From Ruditapes philippinarum (taxonomy: Eukaryota): a stretch of DNA of 64,000 bases. This document shows positions 25,760 through 40,290 of this stretch, in pieces. The stretch lies in NCBI RefSeq assembly GCF_026571515.1, contig NW_026864584.1, forward strand, positions 1-64,000, in the 5' to 3' direction. How positions within the stretch are numbered: the stretch's first letter is position 1; every line of letters starts with the position of its first letter. The notes beneath the pieces were generated by a model, which did not search any database, was not told the DNA's origin, and worked only from the letters and a program-made list of their open reading frames with translations. Both the position numbers and the translations under genes were made by a program.

Positions 25760-28491
25760 TTGTGATTGTAAATATGTCTGACAATCATAATGAATTTAAA
25801 AATGCACCCTGATGTACAATTATTAATAAACCCAAATAAATATCAACAGGTTTACATTTTGCACTTTCGGTTTCTACCACCATAAACATAATATATAAAT
25901 TATGTTCTATTGACTTTTACATCTTTAAATTTCCTTAATTTAGGTGGACATTTACCACATATTTGGAATAAACATAGTCAAAATCTTTCAGCATAAAATT
26001 ACTATTTGTTTACATGTTTGGTTTCTCAGTGATGGTTAGACCGGAATACCGTTTTGTGCATTCTTACTTTTGTGATCGCTGTTCTTATCCCAAAAACTGA
26101 GAGAGTTTGCCACTAACTATTTATTATCATTTAGTTTTTTCAACCTAAAATACAATCGTTTCCATTTGGTACGAATATAACATTTACGTTATGGTTATTG
26201 TTCTTTTTTAAAATTGATAATTTAATAAAGAAAACACCAGGGTATAACGGAAAAGGGATTAACTTTATCAGTGTATTTGTTTTGAGTTTTGTTAATCAGT
26301 TGTCCCCCTTTGGTATTGTGTTTCCTAAACAATGTTCACAGCTTTGTCTTCCTAATGGGTGTACAACAACATCACTTTCATAACTAGATTCAAATAACTT
26401 TATTTGTGTTCAAAGGCCTCAGGCCCAAAATACATAGCATACATACAACAATATAGTAATATGGTTGCGTCACCTTAACAATTTTTATTAATGCGTAAAA
26501 AGACTAGTTGTTTATGTTATCCATTAAAACATATAAATAAAACATAAGCTTCCTTAATGTGATTATATCATGTGTACCTATTAATACATAAAAATCATGT
26601 AGTTCTTTTCCGCCAAAGTACCAATTGAATAAATACATATCACGGATTTGTTTGTATTTTTACATATAAAGAAAGCATGTAATTCACAATCTGTACTATC
26701 ATTACAAGTTGTACATAAACGTTCTTCCCTTCTAATGAAATAACGTGAAATATAACAATTATAATTATGTAGAATTGAATTACATTTCAATTTTTAAGAC
26801 AACTATTGTATTGATATTGTGAAGTGGGAGAAAACAATAGTATTTAGTAAGTTACCGTTTAAGTGAAAAGGTTTTTGTACGATTTTGTTTGTGCTCAGTT
26901 CGTTTTATTTATTGAACAATAAACTCCAGGTGTCTTAACACTAATTGGGTATAACTGGCATATGATTTTATTCTGTTAAAAAATGTATAGTAATTTAAAA
27001 CTTGAAACATACCATACAAATATCTACTATTTTTGTATTTTCTGGTTTATGTACTTTTATTTTCTCTTTAATACATGTAATATATGCAGGCCCATGTAGG
27101 CTCTATATCACTTTACATCGATTGTTTTCATAATATAATCTATGAAAATAATAATGAATATAAATATTCAATGGTTTGAACAAAATGTAACTTTGAGTAA
27201 ATTAAGCATGTTTGCCAAGGCTCTCTTCGTTACAAGAATGAAAAGAACTATTTCTATTTCTTGTATGCATTTCCTCCCTTGGGGGGCAATTTCAATAGTT
27301 CTTTTGTTGGAATTGAAGAAATGAAATCCTTAATTGCTGTCAAGTGAAGAAAATAACAAACAGAAAGAAAGACGGAAGTGAGTTCAACAGTTCAAGCACT
27401 ATGTGGACACTGGCGGCTTCGATTTAATATTGTATCCGTCAAGTTAGAAATCTCATACAATGGCAGTGGTAAACATTAATAAACATTATGCAAATCATAG
27501 TAATTTACCATAACGAACTAATCTGTCTTCCGCACAATGGAGTCAATCTAATTTGACATGGATATCGCCAATAACAAAACAATGCTTCAAGAAGAGGTGG
27601 CAATTTTTCATTCTATTTCGGCCACAAGTGAGTTGCCCATTAGCCTAGCATTCCCCAAATATGACATAAACGTCAAACTGACATCTTTGTCACACATTAC
27701 CTCAAATGTCTCAATTAAGTTGTTTGATATAAACTTATATGTTGTGTATTATTCGTTTGCAGTGATATAACTATTTTCCTCTTAATATCATAACAAAAGA
27801 TGTTCAAAAAAGACTAATTCAATTTTCTTTGTACTTTGCAATTATTCATATCAAATTATTTCTATATGTACAGATTGCTTTGCTTTGAGTTTCTGGACAT
27901 ACTTGACCTCCATTAATTGCTGATCATTTAAGATAAAAAATGTTTGTATACAAAAAGAGACCATTTCAGTTTCAATGTATGAGTAATCAGAATGTATGGC
28001 TTGAAGACAATTGCAATAATGATACGCTTGTGTCCAATTAACAAAATAATAATGGTCTTTTTACACATGTTTGTGTAATTTAAGGCAATCAGTGTCATAA
28101 ATGACCTCTGTATAGTTGAGATAGGATAGCATAATTATCATTATATATCTATTATCATTATAATGTATTAGTTAACAATTATGATGTTCATAGTGACAAT
28201 AATTACAAATAAGTTATATGTTATCTGTTAGCTGTTTCATTCATTACTTTTATGCTTAGATGGAATAATTTTATGTTTGTCTTTAAAATATTGTGCATTT
28301 CATTGCCTTGTGTTATTAGTATATATGTGACATTTATGTTTTTTAACACAATCACCATAAGAAGCGAACATAATGTATATAAACCCTTCCTATATATAGA
28401 TGAGAACCGTTCCAATGTTGTATTGGAAAACCGTCATCTATTCTATATTAAAACCGTCCTTATATTTATATTGAAACCGTTCCCATATTGA

Positions 28492-28573
28492 TGGTGGCTG
28501 ATTTGGTACACCTTGCGCGTTGCGCTGTCAACAGCGACAACACGACGCACACAAGTGTTCCAAATCAGCCACT
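28492..28573. mobile_element. Internally deleted remnant of the 11775-12183 MITE (termini only)
   Basis: tggtggctgatttggtacac ... gtgttccaaatcagccacta, at the same flanking position as in unit B. Confidence 0.8.
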
Positions 28574-31089
28574 ATACATATTGTATGAAAACCGTCCCTG
28601 TATTCTATATGATAACAGATAATATCTTCATGATATAACACTTTACCTTCATGGTATAACACTTTACCAAGAAAAATTAATTTTATCTTCTGCAAAGATG
28701 TTTGCTAATATATTTGTATATCAGTCTTGACGGCAGATTGACATGATACCCAATTGCCTATAATATCAATGCAAAGTAACATAATTAAAGGTCAAAGTGA
28801 GTTCACACATCATGAGTATAGGAGGAAATTAATATGCCTTTAAAGATTGTTTATATATATGATTTAAATACATATGTTAGTGTAAATGTGAAGTATTTCC
28901 TTTCTAAGTTACTGATTGAGATGTATATTTATCAGCCATTTCATAATGTAATAATATGGATCATGATAAATGTAATCGAAATCTTTTTGTTTTAATTGTA
29001 TGTCAATTAATTCACAATTGTTTTACTATCGTATTATGACAACTTCAAAATATTTAAGTACTCTTATTAAGAATTGAAATTATAGATTGGGAAATTCGAT
29101 ACTGGTTTGTTGTTGGGCTTTGTATAAAAGTAAATCTTTTTTTTTCTATGGTAAACTTACTCTCCAAGTGAAACATTAACGAGAGGTCTGTGTCATGATA
29201 ATCAATATTTCATTGATAAAAAATATGCAAATCATGGCCTGAATGCTTAATTAACCAAAACTTCCCACAATATCTGAAATTAACTAAATCTCCAAAAGCA
29301 AACAAAGCAAATGAAGTTCAATGTTCAAGAGAAAATTTCCAGGGTTTGTTTTGTTTTGTTTAATACATAGAAAAAAGCCAATGTATTCTAAATCTGGAAT
29401 TCAGTTGTAACAAATTATATGCTATCAGCCTGATAACTGTGTGCATTATAATCGGAGACATATCAAAGTTTACTGACAGAAAACTCACATAAGTCTATTA
29501 ATTAATTACAAGCAACTTATGATATGTGTTTAATAACACCTATATTGTTTGGAAAACAGCTTGAAACAAATAGGAATGTGACATCAATATTATGCAGTTT
29601 TGCATACATTTTTGATTTTCTTATCAATTAGTTTTGAACAGGCTACTTTTATGCATATAGAATCATTGAAAATAATATACCTGTACAAATCTTCTGTACA
29701 TACTTGAACGCCTTCATTGTAATTCTAAATTAATTAATTCCATCGTTTCATTATAAATTGTTTTGAAAAATATGATTATCATCTATTTTGTACAAAATAA
29801 GAAATGTCGATTTACTAAATTATCTTATTGATATGATAAGGAGATTTATTTCTTTGCCGGTATCTGTATAAAACACGTAGGAAAAAGATCGTAAGCTACT
29901 TATACGTGCTGAGGCTATTAAATCACATTGGGCATTGCTAAATAGAAAAAAATGAAGACGAAGGAGAAACATATTGTGGTAATATGTTCCATTGAACATA
30001 ATGATAAATTAGCCAATAATATAACCCCATGATATCTTCTTGTTAGCAGTAGGCTCTTTGCAAGTAACCTCATGAAATATTATTCTTTGTAGAGAAGCAT
30101 ACTGTTGGCAATGTGATTCCATGAACATAATTATAAATCGACCAAAATATAACCCCATGATTCCTTATTATTAAGCAGGAATGTCCGACAAACAATTATT
30201 CTTTGTATAGTATGACAAATAACATGTTTTCACGAATATGATTGTAATCATGTATTTTAACATCAAAATCATGATACAAAATCTATAAGATATAACATGT
30301 TTTTAGGATTTGAGATATGAATTAAGCATCCAATTCATTTATAAAACATTCTCGACAGTCAATCAAAGATTGTTTCTGCCTTTTGTGAATACTAGTATTT
30401 ATAAATAAAGTAATTATTAATTAAGTAATAGATAAGTGACATTCAAGTTAAACAATATCTCACAGAGAATGTTTCACCGTTTCAATTTATCAGACTGAAG
30501 ATGAATCATAACGTTACACTTACTTCTTAAGAGTTATAATTTACGCCATCCTGGTCGAATGGTCATAAGATGAACATATTCCTGAGAGTGAAGTAACTGT
30601 CAAGTTATGCCGTCCAAAATGGTAATTTGACTGTTGAAGGTCGCCAAACAAATTTATACAACATTGCAATTGTCGCAGACTCAGGTTGACTCAGCATGTA
30701 CATGGGCGGCAGTGGTATATGAGAATATCTGTCCACACCCCTAACAACAACTTAAAACATTTTAATATAATATTTATCCAATGTCGTAAATCCGATTTTA
30801 TTACGAAAAAAATAGAGTATTTTGTTAAAGTGTTTCTGAAATGAGTTATTTATTAAAGATAAAATTTAAATATTGGTCGATATGATTAAATAAAAAATGG
30901 ATCCCTAAAGAACGCCCAAAACAGCAAACTTTAATATAGTGCAGCCTAGAATTGACTACTAATGGAAGGTATTGGTAATAACAAGCTTTTATGTTGATAG
31001 TAAGTCAATTATAAAGATATTTTAGATGTATTTTATGTCTGTTATGACTGTGATTAATAAATGATACCGTTATAAATAAAGTCATTGAG

Positions 31090-31348
31090 TATGTATAGGT
31101 TAGAGTGCATATTGGGTGTTCTTCGTAAATAAGAAAGCTAAAAAGGAGCGGAGCTTGCGAGGCGACTGTAGCTTTCTTATTTACGAAGAACATCCAATAT
31201 GCACTCTAACCGGCTTAGTGCTCCGCCCACTTGCGTTTTATAATATAAAACGTCCAGTTTATATAAAAGCTGTTCTATTAAGATTTGAAACCTGAAAATT
31301 TGAAAAATCCTTGTCGGTGATTGGCTTAAAAAAATTGGCGAGCACTAA
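31090..31348. mobile_element. Young non-autonomous insertion with a 43-bp hairpin (possibly Crypton-type)
   Basis: Stem 31098-31140 / 31169-31211 with one mismatch and a 28-nt loop. A second inverted repeat is ttagtgctccgcc / ggcgagcactaa. The site is empty in unit B (gtcattgagaatttacttgt, ~14540). Confidence 0.7.
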
Positions 31349-34300
31349 TTACTTGTTAGTGGGTCTACGGCTTCAGTTTTGCACATATATAAACAGAGCA
31401 AAATATGAAATCATCTTATCACTAACATTATATCTTTTAATTTGTCCTTAGATATTGCTATCATAATGTTCAAATTGTTGAATATACGAGTATGAGTATC
31501 TGTGAAATATGAGTTATATATGCAATAACTTATTGCAAGATGTAAGAACCAACAATGTACTTGCTGTAGATAAACTGTAGATAACTGTCATTGGGAAAGT
31601 AATTACACCTTGCAGTAACTCGCAAAAGTTTCCTTTGTTACAATTGTAAAACCTCGATAAAATGTCATGTATTTCTTTCAATGCGATACGGTTTTTAGGC
31701 TGCATCCTTAATATGTTGGATACAATTGTTTCGAATGACAGTTGAGCTAATCCAAAATAATTATGATAGTATGCCACCCCGGTGTGAGACTATGATTTGG
31801 CAATTATTCACGCTGGGTATTTGTTTATGTTCCCAATGATATTGTCAAGTGAATCATTACAACACAGTGGGTTACTCATGTAATTAACTTGTCTCCTTGA
31901 TGTTGCCCTAATTTCTCCGACAGCTCATAAAGAGTAAATTGATAATAGTATAATGTTCTTTTATGTCCTTACTGAGTTGTATCTTGGTTTGGAATAATGA
32001 GAGCTCTATCAAGTATTTATAAATGGGTATTGTATATTTAAGTTTTCGTGTGTTTTCGATAATTAAACATTAAATATTTATTATCATTATAAGATGAAAT
32101 AGAAGCAAGCAGGATATGTTCCTACTGCTATCATGATATTTTACAATAATATACCTTCAGGATTCCCTCATATTAGTATGTAGTATCATTTTAGCACTGA
32201 CAATAATTTATCTTAATTAAACATTGATAGAAACCATGTTTAAATAAATGAACACAGTCTTGCGTCAAGCGGTCTCAATAACATTTTTATTGATTTTGAG
32301 ATTTTAATTATTGTCCCAGTTTGCGCTAAATGTTAGCGTCACATTGTAGGCGCGTCATTCAAAAATGTTTCTTTTTCACTTTTTGCTTTATAGTTTGGGT
32401 ATGTGATTAATAGAATATTATTTTCGTGTAAGTTCAATACCGAATTTATTCAGAGTTCTGTTCTAAATAAAAAGTATTATTAGTTTTGAACTAACACCCG
32501 TTCAATATCCACTATATATCTGGTAACTTACATTTTTTTCTGAATCCACATTTTTGTTTTATCCAAAACAGTTAACTTGTCATTATTATTTCAGATTTAA
32601 ATACAATGTTTTTGATAAGTTTAAACCTTTCATTCCTTCATGAATGTTACTCAAACTATAGGGTTTTATATAACCAGAAAATTCACTTTTTTAGAATCAA
32701 GATAATTCACACCATTACACCCATTATCTCCTGTAAACAGCTACATGTTACTCTAGGGACACTCAGATTTCGAAATGATAGTTTGATTGATGGACAAGAT
32801 GAATACAATTCCCGATAAAGTAGTAATAAGGGTTATATAATATCAAATTATTACGGGTATACATTTGAATGCAAACGCAGGCTGCTCAGAGACCCTACTG
32901 AACGACAAACTGGTTCAGTCCCATTCGTTTATCATATACAACACGCACTGTTCAATATGGGGTATATTTGGGCAATCACGAGCAGCGATTCAATTGATGC
33001 CAATAATTACAGTAACTCCCGAACAACTGTATGTATTATATAAAGCCATTTTCGAACACCCTGTAACAGTTAAAAGACCCTGCGAATCAAACGATAGCCG
33101 ACAATAGCTTGACAAGTATATCTTAATATGTGTATAAATATTGATGATAATGAGTTAAACTAACCTAATTTATGTATTGATATGCAAGACAGAAAAGTGC
33201 TTAGAAATGATGAAAAATAATTGTATATGTATATGACTGGTGTGACTATTTTTCATGGACATGGCAAATTCACGACGGAAAGGGGTATTTCGGCACATAC
33301 ATGATTAATTTCTCTTAGATTATGACCAAAGATATATGGACAGCAATCCATACATAAATCTTTCAAGAAAGCATTTACGAGAAGTCATCAATCTTTCCAA
33401 ACAAATAAAACCAAAATCTCAAGAAATGTCTGATAAAGAAAAGGCATGACAACTTGTCTAATATACAGTAAAATGTCGAAAGCACAAATGCAAATCACAC
33501 TTCTCTTGTAGATAAATGATATCTTTTATAACAGTTACGAACAAGGTTCAAGAAATATTATATTAAACAAACGACGATAACATTCCATGTGTTCTGTATA
33601 ATCTGAAGCGCTGATGCAAACCATTTTGTTGTTTACTTTTTTAAAGTTTACAAAGCCGTTAAGTATTGGCCTAAAATATTAACTTGTCTATTTCGAATAC
33701 ATTATCCGGTGGATGAACGTACTATTTTTAGACTGTGATATACTTTGATAGTGTCATATTTTTTAAATTGAAAAGCAAAACAAATGATAAAATATGTTTG
33801 CATAGAAATTATTATGTTAAATAAGAGTGCATAAAGCATTATAATAAGAACTTACTTTCAGAAAAAAGGAATATCGGCAACAAAAGTTACAAGGTTGAGT
33901 TTAAATAAAGGTTCTGTCTTTAAAATTTATAAACTCACTGAAAAGAGATACAACACATTTAAACTATAACTTTTGTAAAAACTAACAATTCATTCTCAGA
34001 GTTCATTCGAATAGAATCGCAACTGTCTGCAAGATGATGCTTATCCAATAAATGGATTAATCTTTATTTATTCATTTTCCTTTTTAATCCAAAGAGACTG
34101 TTTCATATCATTGTAAAGTTTAATCTTTGGGTAACATGCAAATTAATTTCGTTTGTTTAATTATTATCTGCATTTGAAGAAGTGTGTTTTTCTTATTGAA
34201 ATCAATATTGATTTATTTGCTTTATACGTAATGCATTTATATTATACTTTTACATGTATATATGACCTCTTTTCATTTACTTTTCCCATTATAAACCTTG

Positions 34301-34649
34301 TTATATCCAGACAGATTCTACAAGCACTGCTACATTGTTGCAAAATTAAATGTGAAAATTATTCGAACCATGCTCGCAATCGGAACATCTTGAATATTTA
34401 ACTTGATTTATGTAGAAGTTTATGTAGAAGTTTACTCGAAATATCGGAATTGCCATTTGCATACATGGTTAGTTTCTTACCGAAATACCGTATCCTTTCT
34501 ATGTAGTGGTACTGTAATTGTGTTCGAGGTCCTTTTCCGAAGTTTGACGGAAAGAGCGGAGAAGATGGGATTGCCTTCCCCGGAAACCCAGGCTGTTAAC
34601 CTTATATTGATTGTGATATCAGATATAAAGCTCAATTAGGTCAATATGT

Positions 34650-34860
34650 AGAGCGTCGGCGACCCGGGTTCGACTCCAGGACCTGCGCAGGTCACTTTCG
34701 TTGTGATTGACCATTAAATCTTTTCTACGGTCATTCGCACTGTACCTGTGCTCTTGCATGTACAGATGTACTTAGTTCCATGCGAAAGTAGAAGCAACTT
34801 TTACTGGTAAACTGCTTGACAGCCTGCCCAGGAACGATGCGGTGGCTGAACTGTGCTCTC
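34650..34860 (+). mobile_element. tRNA-derived SINE (resembles bivalve Meta-domain SINEs), truncated
   Basis: B-box ggttcgactcc (~34667-34677), followed by tcttttctacggtcattc ... gcgaaagta ... actggtaaactgctt ... agcctgcccagga, which I recognise as a mollusc SINE body. The family name is from recall. Confidence 0.65.
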
Positions 34861-36006
34861 GTAGATTCAATGTGGCTTATATTTATTAATCTTTGCCCCG
34901 CGCCCACGCTAATAAGCGATTTTTCGCTCCACCCCCCCCCCCCCCCCTGCCTGCCTTTCCCGCCATATTAACTTGTTAATTCTCGACATTTCGCTTGGCG
35001 GGGTCGATAGGCGGAAACACGAATGACACAAATCAGTCACCATGTTATAAAATCGTACCAACAATATTGTTTAATGAACACCTAAACATACGGCCCTTAT
35101 ATTTTATGCTGATTTGTGGGTCATACACTATTTTGTTTACAAAAACGATTTAAGCATATCATATCAGAACATCGCAGAATGGAGTTTCACTCCTCGTATT
35201 TTTACATGCACTGTGGGTAGAGTGTGGAATTAACAAATGCAATGCAATTTGTAATTGTATATAGACGTTTAAGTATAAAAAATACAGTAAAACATACTAT
35301 CATATATAAGTAACTACTAATTGCTACAGTAGAATCACACATAGAATGCTCTTAGAAAGGTTGAACGTATGTACCAGTTTGTGCCATCCAAAGAAATAAT
35401 CTACATCTATATAGAAAGTATATAAAAACACATGTTTCATAAACGACAGTGGTAAAGGCAAAAAAATTATAAAATTAACCAGGCAATTGGCATTGCTGTT
35501 TATCATGTTTTCTATCTTAATTTGCTTTTTCTATTTGTTCATTTAAAATAAAACTAACATCTGACCAGAGATGCGAATTTACAATCATGGGTTTTATAAT
35601 AATATAATAGATGAAAATAGTCCTTAATGTGAATCGTAGAAAATACCTTAATAACAAAGATTCTGTTCGACTCTAGGAGGTACATATGTTCCGTCCTTTT
35701 TATTTATTTCAATTGGTATTGATAAGGTTTCTGAAAACATTTGGTTTATTTATAAGTTAAGCAGTTTCTCAACATAAATAAATTCAATTAAATGGTAAAA
35801 AATGCTAATGAACAACAGAGGTACATACAATCTACTTATCTAGTGGCATTGTGATAAATATTAAACGGAATTAAAATTTGGGTAGATATAAGGGTTCATT
35901 TTTGACATTGAACCCAATTCTATCTTTAATATAAGAAAAAGAAACTTTGAAATGGTTTATAATATATACATGCAATGATTACCCCAAACATCAATCTTTA
36001 TATAAA

Positions 36007-37205
36007 TCAGGCAACTGTTTCATTCTTATCAGCCGGGAAAAAAGAACATACAGCACATGTGAGTTCTCTAGTGTTTTCATATGGTGGACACTTCAGTACC
36101 CCGCATGCAGCCTGGACGAAAAAAACAACAAATTTTTCATCTTTGGCTCCATTCCCGGCTTCCAATACTTTTGGCTTTTCATCAAATATGATAAACAAGA
36201 TTAACAAGGAAAGGCGGCGTTCAATGAACGCAACCCCCATATGACCCAGCAACAAGAACCAATGGCAAGGAGCCCAGGCGGACCCCAAACAAAAACAGGA
36301 CAGGGCAAAGACAGAGCACGGACAGGTTAATCATTAAATGATAAATGATTTGTAACTGATTAGGAATTCAAAGAAAAGAATAATAGGCCCACAAAGGGGA
36401 AGGGGTCAGGAGACCGGGGGAAGGGGGGGTAATCAAAGAAATAAAAACTAGAGGCAATGGGGAAGATACTTACCGTAGACGAGGAAACAACAAGGGACAT
36501 ATTCCGATGATCCAGCTTGTGAGAAGTGACCGCCCATAAGATAACCACTGTACTCCAAAACATATGTTATTCCTAGGGATCCTGCACACTGCACAAGGCA
36601 CGTCTTGGTGATGGAAATGTTTCCAGTATGGGTAATCGCCGGTGTGGTATTCAGCTCCGTATATTCTGACGGCTGATTGGAAACCATCTATGTATTGACC
36701 CCATGTAGGATCTTTAGGCAAGCACATGTAGTTTGAACCAGAACCCTTGTGGGTATAGTGACCACCAGCGGCATAACCTTCGTAAACCAGAAAGGCTCCT
36801 TTAGGACATATAGTCCTACCCCAACGGGTATATGTTGACCCGTCAAATGATCTTTCGGCTCTGATCATTCTTTTCTTCATTCCAGTTATCATTTCTCTTG
36901 CATCTATAGTAATATTAGAGAAACACATTGACTCTAGTGCAGAATTCAAATCAAACATAAATTGGCCGTTTAGCTCTGTAGGGAGCGAAACGGATTTGTA
37001 ATCCCTTGGTCACTGGTTCATTTCTCGGGCGAGCTGATATATAAATAATGTTTCTCTTCTTGGAATTATAAAATGATATTAGATCATTTCAAATTTTGAA
37101 AATATTTACAAACAAGAAAGATACAAAAATACTGATTACCGCTTAATTCATTTCTTAAGGCATTGTTTTTCTCCTCTTGTTGTTTCATCTTCTCTTTTAG
37201 CACGA
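36007..37205 (-). pseudogene. Copy 3 (subfamily A): disrupted pseudogene
   Basis: Only the 3' ~66 bp of exon 1 remains (37205-37140); a ~294-bp deletion removed the ATG and signal peptide. Exon 2 (36903-36007) has a ~38-bp frameshifting deletion near 36565 and a ~310-bp insertion at 36186-36496. Confidence 0.92.
36186..36496 (-). mobile_element. 3'-end fragment of a Penelope-like retroelement inserted in exon 2 of copy 3
   Basis: ggggaagatacttaccgtagacgaggaaacaacaaggg matches 57194-57230 in the tail of the RT element. The other end (aacaaggaaaggcggcgttcaatgaacgcaaccccca) recurs inverted at ~39024-39060. Confidence 0.7.
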
Positions 37206-39020
37206 AGATAAGTGTTAGATTATCTATGATAACGTATTCTTAATGAGCATGATAGTTTACGCCCTGTACAAAGGAGGCCTTCTCGGAATGTGTAGCGTGA
37301 TGTTTTTTTTAAGATAAGAATAATGGAACTTTGGAAATGGTTTGAAACAGGTAAATGTAGTTTTAATTTAGACGCTACATTTTAGGTCGATTGGGTGAGT
37401 TGTGTTGTCTGATTCCCTTCTTGTCTAGTTCTTGACTGCTGATGCTTTCTGATATAGATAATATAAAATACATATTTGCTACTTTTGAAGTGAGTGTCGA
37501 TCGATTATTCTTTATCTTAGATTTGTAAAATAATCTATTTTATCTGATTGAACAGTTTGTTATCATGAACTAATCATTATTAACTGTAACAAACTAATCT
37601 TTAACAAAATATAGTTAATATTACTTAACTTCTTGATAGTTTACATATATCACTGTTTATACTCAAACTAATTGTCATTATTTTTACAGGTTTTTTACGG
37701 GAATTTTCACCCCCCCCCCCATTACACTTAAATTATCTCAGTTTAAAACGGTTCCCCTAAAACCCCAGAAGATAAAAATTTGTTTTTCTATAAAATTAGT
37801 TTTTGATCTACGGTTTAAGGTGTAAAAATATTTTCCCCCGCGGATGTAGTAATTTGTTTGATTTTTGGGCCCTTTTGGGTTACATTAAGAAAGTCTTGTT
37901 TTTAATAAATTAAAATTCACTTTACCCTACTGAAAGTGTTTTTCGTAGCATCATATGTCAATTACGACAAATGATATAACGAAAAATAATTCCTGTGTAC
38001 TAGTTAAAATCTATTCCACATTATACAAAAAGAAAACAAGTCACCTATTGTTACATCAAAATCATTTTGAGAAAATGCTATGTGCCTTAGAAGCATAATG
38101 CAATAAAAAAACGTCGGCCAGTGTCGCTTTCATATATTACTTTTGTCTTTTACAGCTATATTAATACAAAAATATATATTTAAAAACCAATAAACTCTAA
38201 ATCGTTTTCATTCTTTAAATCGCTGTTTTAAAATTTGTCGGATGCAAAAAGATGTACAAGTTATCCCATCCTTGCTTAAAATGTTTAATCAACGTTTAAT
38301 TTATTTTTTGCAGTATTCATTAAATATTTCCTTCTCTACAGTTTAGTTAATTAAAATGATTAATCTCTTACTGAGTGCGTAGCAGAAATGTGTTGCCCCG
38401 ATTCAATAAATCAGACTGAAAATAAATCACAACGTTACACCCGTTGTCTTCTCTTAATAGATACAGTTTACTCTAGGGATACACATTATTACATTTAATA
38501 GTTTGATCGATGGGTATGTTGTGTACATTTCCCAACAGTGTTTTAATGTTCAGATGTTTTACACTTGTCTCATCAGAATTAATATTTATTTTTCTTAAAA
38601 CCGGTAAGTTTAAGCGAGACAGCACATGTAATAATTCATGTTCTATGATTAAGTCATTAAGAATTATTTCAATAAATAAAGCGGGAAGCATTTTTTAAAA
38701 CTTTCTGAAAACTTTAGATACTACGACGTTTCTATCAAAGAAAATATAAAAACCGGTAAAATTAGATGTTTTTACATATTTCTAACAAAGTACCTACTTT
38801 GAAAATAGATAATGTATGAAAACTACTATGACATTCATTTCAAAACGTTACTGTGCCTTAACACATTATTTCATAACATTTTACAGCAAACTGAAATTTC
38901 AAGTCATGTTTGTGTCACGTTGTTTGAACATGTTTTCCTAAATAAGAATTTACCCACCCCATCATTACAAAAAAATTAGACAAGGTTCATGTGGTCCTGT
39001 ACCGCTGGATAGTGTGGATA

Positions 39021-39080
39021 GTGTGGGGGTTGCGTTCATTGAACGCCGCCCTTCCTTGTTAAATTTGTTTTGCATATTTT
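39021..39080 (+). repeat. Short retroelement 3'-terminal fragment (same family as the copy 3 insertion)
   Basis: gggggttgcgttcattgaacgccgcccttccttgttaaatttgtttt is the near-exact reverse complement of 36190-36238. Confidence 0.7.
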
Positions 39081-40094
39081 ATTTTTGTGGTTAATATTAA
39101 ATGCATTTTATTGCATTTACCTTTTATATACAAATAAATTGTTATTAATTTTGATCGTATCTGAGTATTAATTTAATTTAAAGACGATTTTATATTCTTT
39201 CATTATCTGGAAACTACGAAAGTTGTATGATAATAAATCTTTTATATACCAATTTATGAAAAGTTTACCGCAAGAACAATATCTAATAATATATTTTTTA
39301 AGTTTGAAAGAGCAAATTCAAATCATATTTCTCTTTTTGATTAGAAATTTATTGCTTTGCTTTCATTTGTGAAGCTAATACTTTATTCATATGAGGACAT
39401 AACAACAGCCAACTAGGGTAAAAATCTGGAAAAAGTGTGATACCTCGGAAGAAGTACCACACAATTACATGGAAATTGCAGATTCGGTTTAATTGAGTCT
39501 GTACGTGAGGGATAATGAAAATGTGCAACATCACTCACGTCTCCTAGCACCGACTTGTGCGGTACTTAATTTTTCAACACTTACAAGTGCTGGAATCAAT
39601 GATCCCAAAGGACCAGAAAAAATATTACAATAAATAATCCGTCCTTGAACCAATTTGGCCTCGAGGTCGAACATTTTAAGACCAAATCAGATACATTCTG
39701 TTCCTTTTTATTCCCGTAAACAATTTGTTGTTTACTTCTTAACAATACGGATGAGGGTAACAGGTTTTATTGAGCGCTTGCAACGTTCACGGTTCCGAAC
39801 GTTTTCGGAGCGGGAGATTCGACTTTTTTCAAAATCTTATAAACCTCAAGGTTTGTTTTTATCTGCAACAAGAAGATAAAACACAAGCAGTATGCTGCTT
39901 CACCGTGTTAATTTTCAATATGTCACAGTAAAAACTTATATTTGTGTATGAGGCACTGAATTAAAATGATATCTAAATCTTTAGATACGAACGATTTATC
40001 TTAAGGCAAACGAATTTTGTTCATAATTCAAATGGGTGTGCGAATAAGGGATATTTTTTTCTAATGTGATCATGTAATATATATATAAATTGAA

Positions 40095-40290
40095 CAACCT
40101 TGTCCTGCTTTCACGGGTCAAACTGCTGGTTGGATTTCAATGAAACTTCAAATGAGTTATCATAACCATCCCTAGTTTTGCATTTCGACGGCATATTTTG
40201 CAACGCTGCACAAAATAGCTATCAGAGCTAAAAAAAAAACAGCTGTCGAACTGCTTTTGGGATTTTTCCACCAAATTCTAAATAGTTTTG
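40095..40290 (+). repeat. Degenerate monomer of a bivalve satellite / Helentron-internal repeat (BIV160-like)
   Basis: Motifs ggatttcaatgaaacttca and caaaatagctatcagagctaaaaa; family assignment is from recall only. Confidence 0.4.

Larger units (their letters stand above)
9771..26140. repeat. Segmental duplication unit B (carries gene copy 2)
   Basis: 9830-9910 matches 26176-26260, 10640-11300 matches 27360-28010, and 16250-17450 matches 32525-33720. Boundaries are approximate. Confidence 0.85.
26141..38910. repeat. Segmental duplication unit C (carries pseudogene copy 3)
   Basis: Colinear with units A and B. Homology to 25290-25445 ends at ~38755-38910. Confidence 0.85.
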
